The notes under the pieces are model-generated. The model was not told the origin of the DNA, did not search any database, and saw only the letters and a program-made list of their open reading frames with translations. Shown one piece after another: positions 24,951-36,905 of a stretch of DNA of 64,000 bases. How positions within the stretch are numbered: the first letter of the stretch is position 1; the number at the start of each line of letters is the position of its first letter. Both the position numbers and the translations under genes were made by a program. The stretch is from Heptranchias perlo. Lineage: Eukaryota. The stretch spans positions 46,562,001 through 46,626,000 of the forward strand of contig NC_090349.1 in the NCBI RefSeq assembly GCF_035084215.1, read 5' to 3'.

Positions 24951-26893
24951 TATGAAAGTTCCTACCTTTGCACTTTCAGAATTTTCCAACACACATTACT
25001 GAGAGATCTCCACTTGTATTTGATGTACTATGTACCTAATTTGATTTACTGGTCACTTGTATTTTTAAGCACATTCACCCATATTTTTCTAAAATTGGTG
25101 CAATCAGATTATATACCGTGTAAACTTAACCCCATTCAATATAAAAAAAATTCTAAATCTGAATAAACAAAGTCAGAAAATTTTGTATTACAATCCTAAT
25201 CATTATCCATCTGTTTCAGAGCTCCACTACACAACTGGAGATCCTAAACTTGCACCATGCTACCACACACAGAGTAGACAGGTTGCTAATCGTCTTAAAG
25301 TACACTATAAAACTTCAGTGTCGACCACTGTCTTTATTTCCAGCTGTTTTATGTTAAAATTATTTTAGAATAAGTTTACAGTCTAGGCTATAACAATTTT
25401 TTTTGTTAAGTCTATTTTGCAAGAGAACATAATTGAGGATGCTAGATGCTGCAAGAACCTAGGCTGAAGAGTGGAGGCAGGATAAGCCAAAATTCACATG
25501 GGAAGAGTGCTCATTTGGGTGAGACACCAGAACACAACCAATGTCTGGGGGATTGTACGCCAAAGTGAGTCAGTGCCTTTAGGAGAGGAGCAAGTAGAAA
25601 AGGGAAAATTGATACATAAATCACTGCACATTGATTTCTTGAAAAGAATGCTTTGGAATGTCAGTTCCTCTACAATGGAATGGCCTACAGCAAGAGTGTC
25701 CAAGGTTTCTCTTTGTGACTTGCATAGTTCACATCAAGTTGGCTGGGCAGTCACTGATAAAGATTTAATCCATGATTGCACAAATTTGCATACATCTCAA
25801 GATGCTGATTTTAACATATCTTGGTGTTCTGATTTAAGACTTATCTCCCAATAAGGCAACTTCACTAAAAACTGCCCTCTCTAAACTTTTAGGCCCCTAG
25901 ACATGGGATAACTGATTTCAGGTGGAAAACAAAAAAAGTACACAGAAGATACAAATCCAAATATAAATGGCATATAACTTTTGGCTTTTCTCATTCATGC
26001 TATTCATGTAACTCAGCTACACATAGTCAATATTAACAAACAGCTGCAATATGGTTAAATAAAATACCAGAATTAGATTATAACTACATTTATAGGCAGT
26101 CACAAGGCTGCTTTGAACCCGATCGTCTATTATAAAACTTACATACAATTACATAAAAAAAACACAACATGGATACAGGCCAATCAGCCCAACTAGTTCG
26201 TGTTGGTGTTTATCCTACACATGAACAGTAGTCTTCATCCTATGTGCCTGCCCTGTTCCCATATCCTTTTAATTGACCTTTCCTTCAACAATCTATTCTT
26301 ACATGTTGACATGATCTCTGCTACAATCACTAATTCTGGCAGTGCATTCCACAGCCCCTCAACCAGGGTTGTCTTATTCAATAAAACATTTAACATATCC
26401 TTTCCAGCTTACTAAATGATGTTGCATGAAAAGCGCACACTCTGGAACTAATATAAAAATGGTCAAGTACAATTAATTAGGAAAATATACTTCACCCCCA
26501 CACCATGTGCAAGAACAACCTATTCTATAAGTGATGCCTAAACACAAAATGGAAAAAGTGACACCCAGATAAGGCAAGAGACACAAGTGAGAATTCTCAG
26601 ATTCCAGAAGAAATGTAGCGAGTGCGCAGTTTTGTTCCTGAAAGTAGATTCAGGAGACTGCCAGTGTGAAAACAGTAGTATAATTCAAACCTTCAAACTG
26701 TAAAAGCACTTTAGATCTTTACTTATTAACGTGCACCCGATAAACACCAGAGTAAGGCTTCAGAGTGGATCGATGTCCTTTCTATAAGAAATGTTATGCA
26801 GCTAACTGCTATCAAGTTGGAGATCTCCCCACCATACAGGAATGAAGCGTGCACCCATCTGTTTCCTATGGTTTGATGGCATCATTACCTTAC

Positions 26894-26932
26894 CTGGTTT
26901 ATTCATCATCTTAGAAGTGAGTAGTACAATTT
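26894..26932 (-). CDS. SBNO1: Candidate 39-nt in-frame cassette microexon of SBNO1
   Basis: ttttttcctaattaactttcttacag|AAATTG...AACCAG|gtaagg. Phase 1-1 matches the flanking exons, no stop codon, adds KIVLLTSKMMNKP. Confidence 0.55.
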
Positions 26933-27973
26933 CTGTAAGAAAGTTAATTAGGAAAAAAGGTTTCTAATACCCAGTGCTGGAAATTCTCTTGTACTATTAA
27001 GTAGCTTGCATCATTAATATTAAATGTTTCTTTCAGTTAAATAGCTAAACATAAAACTAAATAATCGCTAGATTAAAAAGATAAAAACTTTGCATTAATG
27101 TTTCAAACCGTATCGAGCCGAATGACTTCTTTGCTGTGGATTGTTTCTGAAACATTTTGTGGACTATGGATTGCACAATATGTTACATGCATACATCTAA
27201 CAACAGCAACCATATAAAGTGCTCTCACTAACGTTTTGTCTCCATTAGTTTTTAATCTGGACAAGATGGAAAAATTAGAACAAAGTGACTTCTTTCCAGA
27301 CAACAACCACACAGCCTCTTCACACTAAACTAATGAACAGCCACACGACTGCTTCGTAGGCCAGTGATCATGGAGCATGCATCAGCCTTCAAATACAAAA
27401 AGGAGAAAGCTGCTGTGTTGTCTCGATTTTTGAAAAACTTTGCATGTGTACAATCAGCCATTGTATAAGTGAGATATGCAACAGAGCTTAAAGGCTTATA
27501 GAAAAGGTGGAGCCTTCATTAACTTACATGGCTTGGGATTGAGGGCTTGTGCATTCCATGTCACTGTGCAATTTATTTTCAGTAAACCACAATTTCCAGT
27601 TGTGTGTCATATTTGTGCGTTAATTGTTATCAAATGCACATGCATAATAAATATCAAGCAGATTGTAGGCATATATGGCACCATATTCAAACAGATTCAG
27701 CCAAACCTTAGTACCTTTCCCAAAACAAATCTGTGATCAAAAAACTGTTAAATGCCAGATACACCAATGGAACCTACTTGCATCCAATGCAACTTGCCCA
27801 CTCTATTCATTGAATAAGAGTTTTTCTGAACCACATGTAAACAAAGCTACCAATGAAGAGGCTGTGTAACAACATTTAAGCGGATACTTTTGTATTTTAT
27901 AGGTTTGAATATTTCTAAAACTACACGAAATACACAATTTCAAATAAAATGGGATTGAATGAAAATAACTTAC

Positions 27974-28268
27974 TGGCTGCTGTTGAAATGGGTTGAACAA
28001 TATTGGACGGCGGCTTCATTTTCATCAGTTCAGATAAGCTGTTGCTTTTAAGTAAGTCTTTAAGCTGTATCTGGTCCTTGGTTGATGCTGTAGCTACTGT
28101 TGGAGCAGCTGTAGATGTTAGTGCAAGTGAGCTGGTCTGAACAATCTTTGCTACACTAACTGTGGGACGAGACACCGCATTAATGGGTGCCTTTGTCACA
28201 ATTAATGTTGTTCCAAGGTTTGGCAGCTGATTCAGCTGATTTAACACAAAAGTGGTAGCTGTTGGTGG
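27974..28268 (-). CDS. SBNO1: SBNO1 coding exon 3
   Basis: caacag|CCA...GCC A|gtaagt, 295 nt, phase 0-1. PPTATTFVLNQLNQLPNLG...KDQIQLKDLLKSNSLSELMKMKPPSNIVQPISTAA. Confidence 0.95.
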
Positions 28269-28334
28269 CTGTTGAGAAAAATATAAATAATTATAAAAAT
28301 GCTAATTTTCTCATGTTACAACTAGAATAACTAG

Positions 28335-28748
28335 AAAAATTGAACAGCCTGGGGCTCTTTTATCTAGAAAAGAGAAGACCAAGAAGTGATGTGTCAAGAG
28401 GTCTTCGAAATTATGAAGGGGTTCGATAGGGTAGACGTAGAGAAGATGTTCCCACTTGTGGGGGAGTCCAAAATTAGGGGCCATAAACATATGATATTCA
28501 CTAATAAATCCAAGAAGGAATTCAGGAGAAACTTCTTTAGTCAGAGTGGTGAGAATATGGAACTCACTAGAGGCGAATAGCATAGATGCATTTAAGGGGA
28601 AGCTAGATAAACATGAGGGAGAAAGAAAAAGAAGAATATGCTGATAGGGTTAGATAAAGTAAGGTGGAAAGAGGTTTGTGTGGAGCATAAACACTGGCAT
28701 AGACCAAATGGCCTGTTTGTGTGCTGTAAAATTCTATGAAATTCTATA
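28335..28748 (+). mobile_element. CR1 3' fragment
   Basis: EVFEIMKGFDRVDVEKMFPLVGESKIRGH; ATTCTATG tail. Confidence 0.85.
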
Positions 28749-29649
28749 TAACTAGGAAACAAAAAGCAGAAAGTTCAGAAATAGATCAAACATATCACAT
28801 TATATACTAACAGCTCAAAAGGTTACACCTCTCATCCTTCTCTAAAATTTAAATTCTCTTGAGGCTGTCGGTTCAATAAAATGAAGCAGTGATTATACAT
28901 AGAATTTGAAAACATCTAATTATTCAGAGTCCAAATACAGACAAACATAACACAATGGATAAGGAATAAGCTGCTTCCTTGCCTTTTTCCCTGGAAAAAG
29001 GAAAGAGATAATCCTTATCTATATTCTGTCCTTGCAGTTTTCTCCTACATTTGTGGTAATCAAACACTTCACACTTTTGTGGGAACCTCCTCCTGCACGA
29101 CTTTGCAGTCAGTTTACAGAATCCCATAAAGAGACTAACACAGAGATACATCAAGAATAACCAAATGATACATCATCTTCCACCAATTTTCCTTCATCAC
29201 TATTGCTGGGAGAAAGATATTTTTCATAGTCAAGTGCTTTAAAACAACTGTCAAAATGAAACCTATCCAGAACTTCTGGACACCAGACCATCATGACAAA
29301 ACAGAAAAAAAAATAATATTTACAACATAAAAGGAAGTGACCAGCAGGCACAGATTAGGACTTGATGCACTCTCCTTGCGTTATACATTTTTCTGTCCTG
29401 TAATCTAAATCTCTGGGTTTAAAGGATACCTATATACCAACCTGGAAATTAAACTGCAGTCTTGAGATCACTGCTCAACATCAATTACTCTATGTGGCTC
29501 CACATAAACCATTTCCCATTCACTGCATTCAAAAGGTGCTTGACATCAAGGTTTGCTTTATAGGATGGATTGACATAGGTCATGTGGTAATAAATGGCCA
29601 AAGCATTTGCAAGAATTACTAGAAATAAATTAGCTGGTATGATTCCAAT

Positions 29650-30137
29650 AGAATCATAGTTAGAATCATAGACTGGTTACAGCACAGAAGGCGGCCATTC
29701 GGCCCGTCGAGCCTGTGCAAGCTCTCTGCAAGAGCAATCCAGCTCGTCCCACTCCCCCGCCCTTTCCCCATAGCCCTGCAATTTTTTTCCCTTCAAGTAC
29801 TAATCCAATTCCCTTTTGAAAGCCACAAATGAGTCTGCCTCCACCACCCCCTCAGGCAGTGCATTCCAGATCATAACCACCCTCTGTGTAAAAAAGTTCT
29901 CTCTCATGTCGTCTGTGGTTCTTTTGCCAATTACCGTAAATCTATGTCCTCTGGTTCTTGATCCCTCTGCCAATGGGAACAGTTTCTCTCTATCTACTCT
30001 GTCTAGACCCTTCATGATTTTGAATACCTCTATTAAATCTCCTCTCAACTTTCTCTGTTCCAAGGAGAACAACCCCAGCTTCTCCATTCTATCCACGCAA
30101 CTGAAGTCCTTCATTCCTGGAAGCGTTCTAGTAAATC
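29650..30137 (-). mobile_element. CR1 3' fragment
   Basis: LGLFSLEQRKLRGDLIEVFKIMKGLDRVD...FFTQRVVMIWNALP. Confidence 0.9.
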
Positions 30138-30779
30138 TAAACTCAGTGAAAAACTAAAAAGCGCTAAAAAAATTAGGTACCTAAAAGAGTAGGCGTGCTG
30201 AACTACACTGAATAATTCAAAATTACACTACTTAAATTAGGCTTGAGCAACATTTGTTAATGGTTTTTGGTCACTCTCTACTCTTCAGGACACTACAGTA
30301 AATCAGGTTATTCGTGATGTCAAATTTTGCCTCATTCATTTATTTAAATTTAGTGCTGAAGTTTGAAAACAGAGTTGCTCAAAATGTTCTTTGCACAATT
30401 TCACAATTTATGGTAATTACCAATAACGAGCACCATTTCAAAAACTTCAAAAGAAATTACAATCATTTTTAACTTAACTAAATATATGTAAGAAATGAAA
30501 ATTGAAGTTTTGCTCGTTGGGGAATGGGGGGTGGTGAAACTGGGTTCAATCAAAAACCCATGGTCCAGACAATTGTATGCTACGAGCTGGTTCCGACAGC
30601 CACAGCATTGGCCCAATTACATGGTATCAACTCAGTACGTTGGGATTTTAAAATACTGGGCCAGAATGGCAGAGACAACCTACAACATGTGGAGTGCTCA
30701 ATCTCCAGCTGCATTGTTCTGAGATTTTAGGACAGGCTCCTTTCCACAAGGAGGGATCAGGGAGCCTGGTCATCCAGTG

Positions 30780-32915
30780 CGATACAGATCTTCCCAGTGA
30801 GCGGTTACACTCTGTCATTGGCCTGGAAGGTGTGTGGCGCTCACTAACCGGTTTCCAGTACTGGCACTCCTTTGAGGGGTGACCGCACCTCAAAGGAGTG
30901 CCAGTCCAGAGCACGGCACCGTGGGGCAAAGGACTGCACAGCGAAGTGGTTATAGGGGATTCAATAGTCAGAGGGACAGATAGGCGTTCCTGCAACTGCC
31001 GACGTGAGTCCTGCATGGTGTGTTGCCTTCCTGGTGCCAGGGTAAAGGACTTCACTGAGAGGATGCAGAACATTTTGAAGGGGGGGGGGGGGGGGGAAGA
31101 ACAGCCGGGAGTCATGGTCCATGTGGAAACCAATGACCTAGGAAGGAAAAGGATTCACGTCCTGCAGGCAGAGCATCAGGAGCGAGGGAGAAAGTTAAAA
31201 AGCAGGACCTCAAAAGGTAGCGATCTCTGGATTATTCCCAGTGCCACATGCTAATGAGTATAGGAATAGTAGGATAAGACAGGTTAATGCATAGTTGGAG
31301 AAATGGTGTAGGAGGGAGGGCTTCAGATTCCTGGGGCATGGGACCGGTTCTGGGGCAGGAAGGATCTATTCACGACGGATAGGTTGCACCTCAACAGAGC
31401 TGGGACCAATGCCCTCGCGGGGTGGTTAACTAGTTTTGTGGAGCGGGTTTAAACTAATTTGACTGGGGGATGGGCACCAGGATGAAACATGAGAGAGGAG
31501 AAATAAGGTGCACAGTGGACAGGGAGAGACAAATAGCACTTGAGTAAAGAATAGTTCAGAAATGGAGGATCAAATAGGGGGCAAATGCGAGGCAGTCTAA
31601 GATGAGTTTGGAGTGCGTGTGCGTAAATGCACGAAGCTTGGTAAATAAGGTTGGTGAGCTACAAGCAAAAGTCACTACATGGGACTATGATATAGTGGCA
31701 ATAACCGAGACGTGACTCAAAGTAGGGGAGGATTTGGGTACTTAATATCCCTGGCTACAAGATATTCAGGCAAGATAGGAGGGGTGGGGAGGTGGCAATA
31801 TGGATCAAAGATACTATTATAACACTGGAAAGGGATAAAGTAGTTGAAGGGCCAAAAGCAGAATCTACTTGGTTAGAATTAAGGAACAACAGAGGAGCTA
31901 TTATGCTACTGGGCGTATACTATAGGCCACTAAATAGTGGGAAGGAGAAAGAGGAACAAATTTCCAGGCAAATTACAGAAAAATGCATGAACTATAGAGT
32001 CGTGATAATCCCAATATAGACCAGGATAGTAACTGTTAAGGGCAAAGAGGGGGAGGAATTCTTAGAATGTATACAAGAGAACTTTCTTGAGCAGTGTGTT
32101 TCCAGCCCAATGAGGAAGGAAGCAGTGCTGGATCTAGTTCTGGGGAATGAAGTGGAGAATTTGACAAACGGTGATCATATCATTAGGTTTAGAATAGTTA
32201 TGGAAAAGGACAAGGAACAATCTGGAGGAGGACTAATTTCAAAAAGGATCTTGCCCTGGTGGATTGGAATTGAAAATTGGCAGGCAAAATCGTAATTGAA
32301 CAATGGGGGGCCTTTAAGGTGGAGATGGTTTGGGTACAGAGTAGACACATTCCCACGAGGGGGAAAGGAAGGACATCCAAAGCTAGAGCTCCCTGGATGA
32401 CTGAAGATATACAGATTAAAATGGAACAGAAAAAGAAAGCTTATGACAAATGTAAGGTATGTAATATAGTAGAGAACCAAGCTATATATCAGAAAGCACA
32501 GAAGAGATCTAAAAAAGGGAATAAGAGGGGCAAAGAGAGTATGGGAATAGATTAGCGGCTAACATAAAAGGGAACCAAAAAGTATTTATAAACATATAAA
32601 TAGTAAAGGGTAGTCAAAGGAAGGGTGGGCCCACTTAGGGACAAAAAAGGAGATCTTGTGGAAGGAGGAGATAGTAGCGATATTGAATAGGATAAAAATA
32701 GATAAAGAGGAGGTACTTAAAAAGTTGACAGCACTCAAAGTAGAAAAGTCACCCGATCTAGATGAGATGCATTTTAGGTTCTTGAGGGAAGCGAGGGTGG
32801 AAATTGTGGAGGCTCTGGCCACAATCTGCCAATCCTCCTTGGATGAGGGTGGTGCCAGAGGATTGGAAATGTTACGCCCCTGTTCAAAAAAGGGGGGAGG
32901 CATAAACCCAGCACA
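30780..32915 (+). mobile_element. CR1 LINE 5' part: ORF1 SGNH/esterase domain, APE endonuclease and start of RT (internally deleted)
   Basis: VVIGDSIVRGTDR...CCLPGARVKD...VHVETND (GDSL-like ORF1), CVNARSLVNK, LLGVYYRP, LDLVLGNE, KSPDLDEMH. Confidence 0.85.
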
Positions 32916-32934
32916 AGAACATAGAAAAATTACA

Positions 32935-33124
32935 TCAGGTTATAGTCCAACTGTTTTATTTGAAAATCACAAGCTTTCGGAGGCTTTCTCCTTCGTCACT
33001 TCACCTGACGAAGGAGAAAGCCTCCGAAAGCTTGTGATTTTCAAATAAAACAGTTGGACTATAACCTGGTGTTGTAAGATTCCTTACATTTGTCAACCCC
33101 AGTCCATCACCGGCATCTCCACAT
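32935..33124. mobile_element. Palindromic Penelope-like element (family A)
   Basis: Inverted arms about 32933-32998 and 33006-33071. TSD catagaaaaattaca at 32920-32934 and 33125-33139. Inserted at a CR1 tail. Confidence 0.8.
33001..33037 (+). ncRNA. Minimal type I hammerhead ribozyme motif
   Basis: ucac CUGACGA a ggag aaagc cucc GAAA gc UU guga. Confidence 0.7.
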
Positions 33125-33126
33125 CA

Positions 33127-33810
33127 TAGAAAAATTACAGCAAAGGGGGCCATTCGGCACATCATATCTGTGCCGGTCGAAATAGAGCGATGCAGCCTAT
33201 TCCCACTTTCCAGCACTTGGTCCCTAGTCTTGTAGGTTATGGCACTTCAAGTGCATATCCAAGTACTTTTTAAATGTGATGCCTCTACCACCCTTTCAGG
33301 CAGTGAGTTCCAGACCCCCACCACCCTCTGGGTGAAAACATTTTTCCTCAGCTCCCCTCTAATCCTTCTACCAATCACTTCAAATTTATGCCCCCTGGTT
33401 ATTGACCTCTCTGCTAAGGGAAATAGGTCCTTCCTGTCCACTCTATCTAGGCCCCTCATAATTTTACACACCTCAATTAAGTCACCCCTCAGCCTCCTCT
33501 GTTCTAAAGAAAATAACCCCAGCCTATCTAATCATTCCTCATAGCTAAAATTCTCCGGTCCTGGCAACATCCTCGTAAATCTCCTCTGTACCCTCTCTAG
33601 TGCAATCATATCTTTCCTGTAATGTAGAGTACGCAGTACTCAAGCTGTAGCCTAACTAGTGTTTTATACAGTTCTAGCATAACCTCCCAGCTCTTATATT
33701 CTATGCCTCGGCTAATAAAGGAAAGTATTGCGCATGTTGTCTTACCACCTTCAGGGATCTGTGGACATGCATTCCAATGTCCCGCTCATCCTCTACACCT
33801 CTTAGTAGCC
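33127..33810 (-). mobile_element. CR1 3' fragment
   Basis: CKIMRGLDRVDRKDLFPLAERSITRGHKF...FTQRVVGVWNSLP. Confidence 0.9.
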
Positions 33811-35592
33811 TCCCATCCTCCAGCAATCACAGGCCAGTCAGCCTTACATTGGATGTCACCGACTAACAAACTCTAAATCTACAAACTGGGAAAACATGGG
33901 AATCACTTCCCCAGTGGCACAATTAACTTTCAGTACTTGAATTTTCCCCCATAATTTTTAATTCCTTTTATTTAGTATCTATTTTTACTTTCAACCTAGT
34001 TTCACAGTAATAAACATACAAATGTCGGTATACCATATATACAAACATGGGATATCACTCTTAATTATTCCCCTATCATACAATGGAGTAATGCTTCACC
34101 CACCTTTCGCTTCCAAGGTCCCTGAAGACCTTAATGTATTATAGACTCCAGTTTGTTAGCTCACCAGCCATCCCACCACTCCCTCAGCTGCGCTCAGAAA
34201 CTGAATTTATGCTATTGCGTTGGGATTGATTAATTTCCCCTGTAACACAAATCATTCTCTTTTTGGATATCATAGCGCTTTCAAAACCCAATGTGCCCTC
34301 CTCCCATTTAGTCAGACCAAAATCCATGTAATCAGGGGCCTACTCCGATATCTGCTTGGCTCTGACTGCTTCTTCATTCGAACGTATACCTGACTTTCTT
34401 ACTCAAAACTGCCTTACAATCCTCCAGATTAATACAAGGAAATAGAAATCACATGCAATGTGGCTCAATATTCTTTGAAGAAGCATTATCAATTTTGTAT
34501 TTACAATTCAGCAGGGCACTCTTCCCACTCATTACAATCCTGAAGGGGCCACAACTGTAGCATGTGAATTATATTGTCGGGAAGCAAAACAGCAGCCGTA
34601 TTGTTCTCAAGTCACAATTTTATAGTTGGTTTACAAAGACTCTTTTGCATTTATAAATAATGCAGAAAAAAGCACTTTTGTTTAAAATCACTTCCCCTAC
34701 TTAATCTGACAGCTTGAAAAATGAAAGAAGGGACAAAGGAACATAAACCAGCAAAGAATTTGGTAGAAATTAAATTGGCTGTTTAAAGATCTGATGTTGG
34801 GACATGATTACCACCTAGTCCCCTCCTTCCAGAGAGGCACCGACTTGCTGGGATACAGTTCCACACATTCCACACAACCTTTGGGGGCATCACAGCCAAG
34901 CCCAATCTCATTCTCACCCAACATCCAAACTTCAAGCAGGAATAGCTGGGTAGCAATCCGGAGCTGGAATCCTGGGCAATTTTTTTTTGTAAGGGCTTCA
35001 GTTCTAAGCAGCAGGATGCAAAATATTTTCAACCTAAATACAACATCTAAAAGTATATATGTTACATGTTAAAAAAAAACCTAAATGTCAATTGTTTTAA
35101 AGAGACATTATTCATCACAGCTAATAAGTATGCATTCTTCAAATTTAGTTCTCTATGTGCTCATGGTGGTTTTCAATCCAACAAATCCCAATGTAAAAAA
35201 AAACAGTATTAGCCACCCACCTCTTCCAGACAGTCGGTACCTGTGTCAATGCATGACTTTCCCTCATGGTTGGAGGCAGCAGCAGGGCATTGCAACTTCT
35301 TGCCTTTGAAAGCAGGTAACGCCTAAGTTAGCACACTGAAACCTTTTGTGCGCAGAGATATGGCATTGGTTGTGCCAAACTTCTTGCACTAGACAATTCT
35401 AACGGTTAAGCAGCTGGACTACTCAGAGCAGAATGAACAGCTTCATACCGTGACAGTGTCCTCAAAGACTATTTCGCAATCAAAGCGGAGCTCTTTCAGC
35501 TAGATACAAGAATGGTTTCAATTTTTCCTCTTTTCGGGATTATCCCACTAATATAGATTCCCAGAGACCACTAGTTCTAACTGCCAAAAGAT

Positions 35593-35727
35593 CCACATCG
35601 TTCACCTGAGGAAGGAGGTAGCCTCCGAAAGCTTGTGAATTTAAAATAAAATTGCTGGACTATAACTTGGTGTTGTAAAATTGTTTACAATTGTCAACCC
35701 CAGTCCATCACCAGCATCTCCACATCA
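35593..35727 (+). mobile_element. Single-arm Penelope-like element (family A)
   Basis: TSD tgccaaaagat at 35582-35592 and 35728-35738. Hammerhead core at 35601-35639; shared terminus CCAGTCCATCACC..CATCTCCACATCA. Confidence 0.8.
35601..35639 (+). ncRNA. Minimal type I hammerhead ribozyme motif
   Basis: uucac CUGAGGA a ggag guagc cucc GAAA gc UU gugaa. Confidence 0.7.
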
Positions 35728-36905
35728 TGCCAAAAGATAGTCAGTTATCCAAAAGGAAAACTGTGCGACCACTGCAGCAAACATTAGTATATAACAGAAA
35801 TAACATGCATTTTAACAAATATAGAAACGTACAGAAACCAACTGGTTGGCAGGGACCCGCTTAAAAAAAAACTATGATCTAAAGGATGTCCAAGATATAA
35901 GACCAAGCTTCTCTCTAGGATTATCTCCTCTTGTTTGGCCTATGCACCTAGGTAAAGACCATTAAGTGTCGAGAAAACCAATAACACTATGAAGGAAGAT
36001 CATTGCAATACTACTCAAGATCACAAGATCCATCTGTACTCAAGATCACAAGTATTGACGTACCTAGCTTTAGAATCATATTTCATTTACACTAGAGTGA
36101 AAAAATTTAAGAGTGGGAATTCTTTTTTAAAAAAAAAAGCTTGACCATAACCACCTCATCTGTAATTTTTAGTTCTACAGAGCCTAGAATGGAATTCAGT
36201 TTTCATGATCACCACATATAGTGATCATCTGGTTGTAATTGATCTGCCCTTGACTGTGTTGCATTAATTTCAGTGGGTTTTGGATTTATTGATGTGGTAC
36301 TGTATCTCTAATCATGGTATTTTTTTCACCATTGGAAAGATATTTGAAATTCTTTCCTGTCCTGAAACAATGGACCATGATTGTAGGTACACGGCTGCTA
36401 ATCTAGTTGTTTTTACTAAGTAAAGAAGATATCCAACTGAAGCTTGGGAGTGCTCATGGCCTGACTCGCAGTGCTCTGCCTCTCCCCGTCCACCCACCAG
36501 ACTGTAATGTCAAGTCTGGAAATGGTGCTTCGTTATCCAGTGAGCACAGTGGTTAAATATACAGCAATCAATATACACTCCACTCACCAGCACTTTAACT
36601 GTGCTCTTCTTTGAAATTAAAGTTTAAAATTTTGAAGTGCTAGTGAGTTCAGCCCATTGTTGAATGCAACACCAATACGTTCCTGTAACTTAACATGTTT
36701 TTCAGTGTTTCAAACTCTGATTCGAAACAGGAGTGTGTTTAAAGTGAGCAGAACATCTTGTTGAACATACAGCAACCAACTGGTTTTCCGTTCAACAATG
36801 TACTCCACTCAGACAGTTATACTGCACGGACATAGTAATCTGTCGGTTATAATCAAACGCGGACCTACCCAATGCACGTCACTTAGAGTGATCCTTACCT
36901 GCTCA

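Noticed and set aside
24669-25166. 165-aa ORF on +
   Set aside because: Runs through a palindromic repeat and AT-rich intron with no recognisable domain or splice support.
29151-29351. Minus-strand ORF with protein-like composition (DRFHFDSCFKALDYEKYLSP...)
   Set aside because: No convincing splice pair and no recognisable homology.
36012-36052. 16-bp direct repeat tactcaagatcacaag twice with a 9-bp spacer
   Set aside because: Only two units with a very short spacer in a eukaryotic intron; a local duplication, not a CRISPR array.
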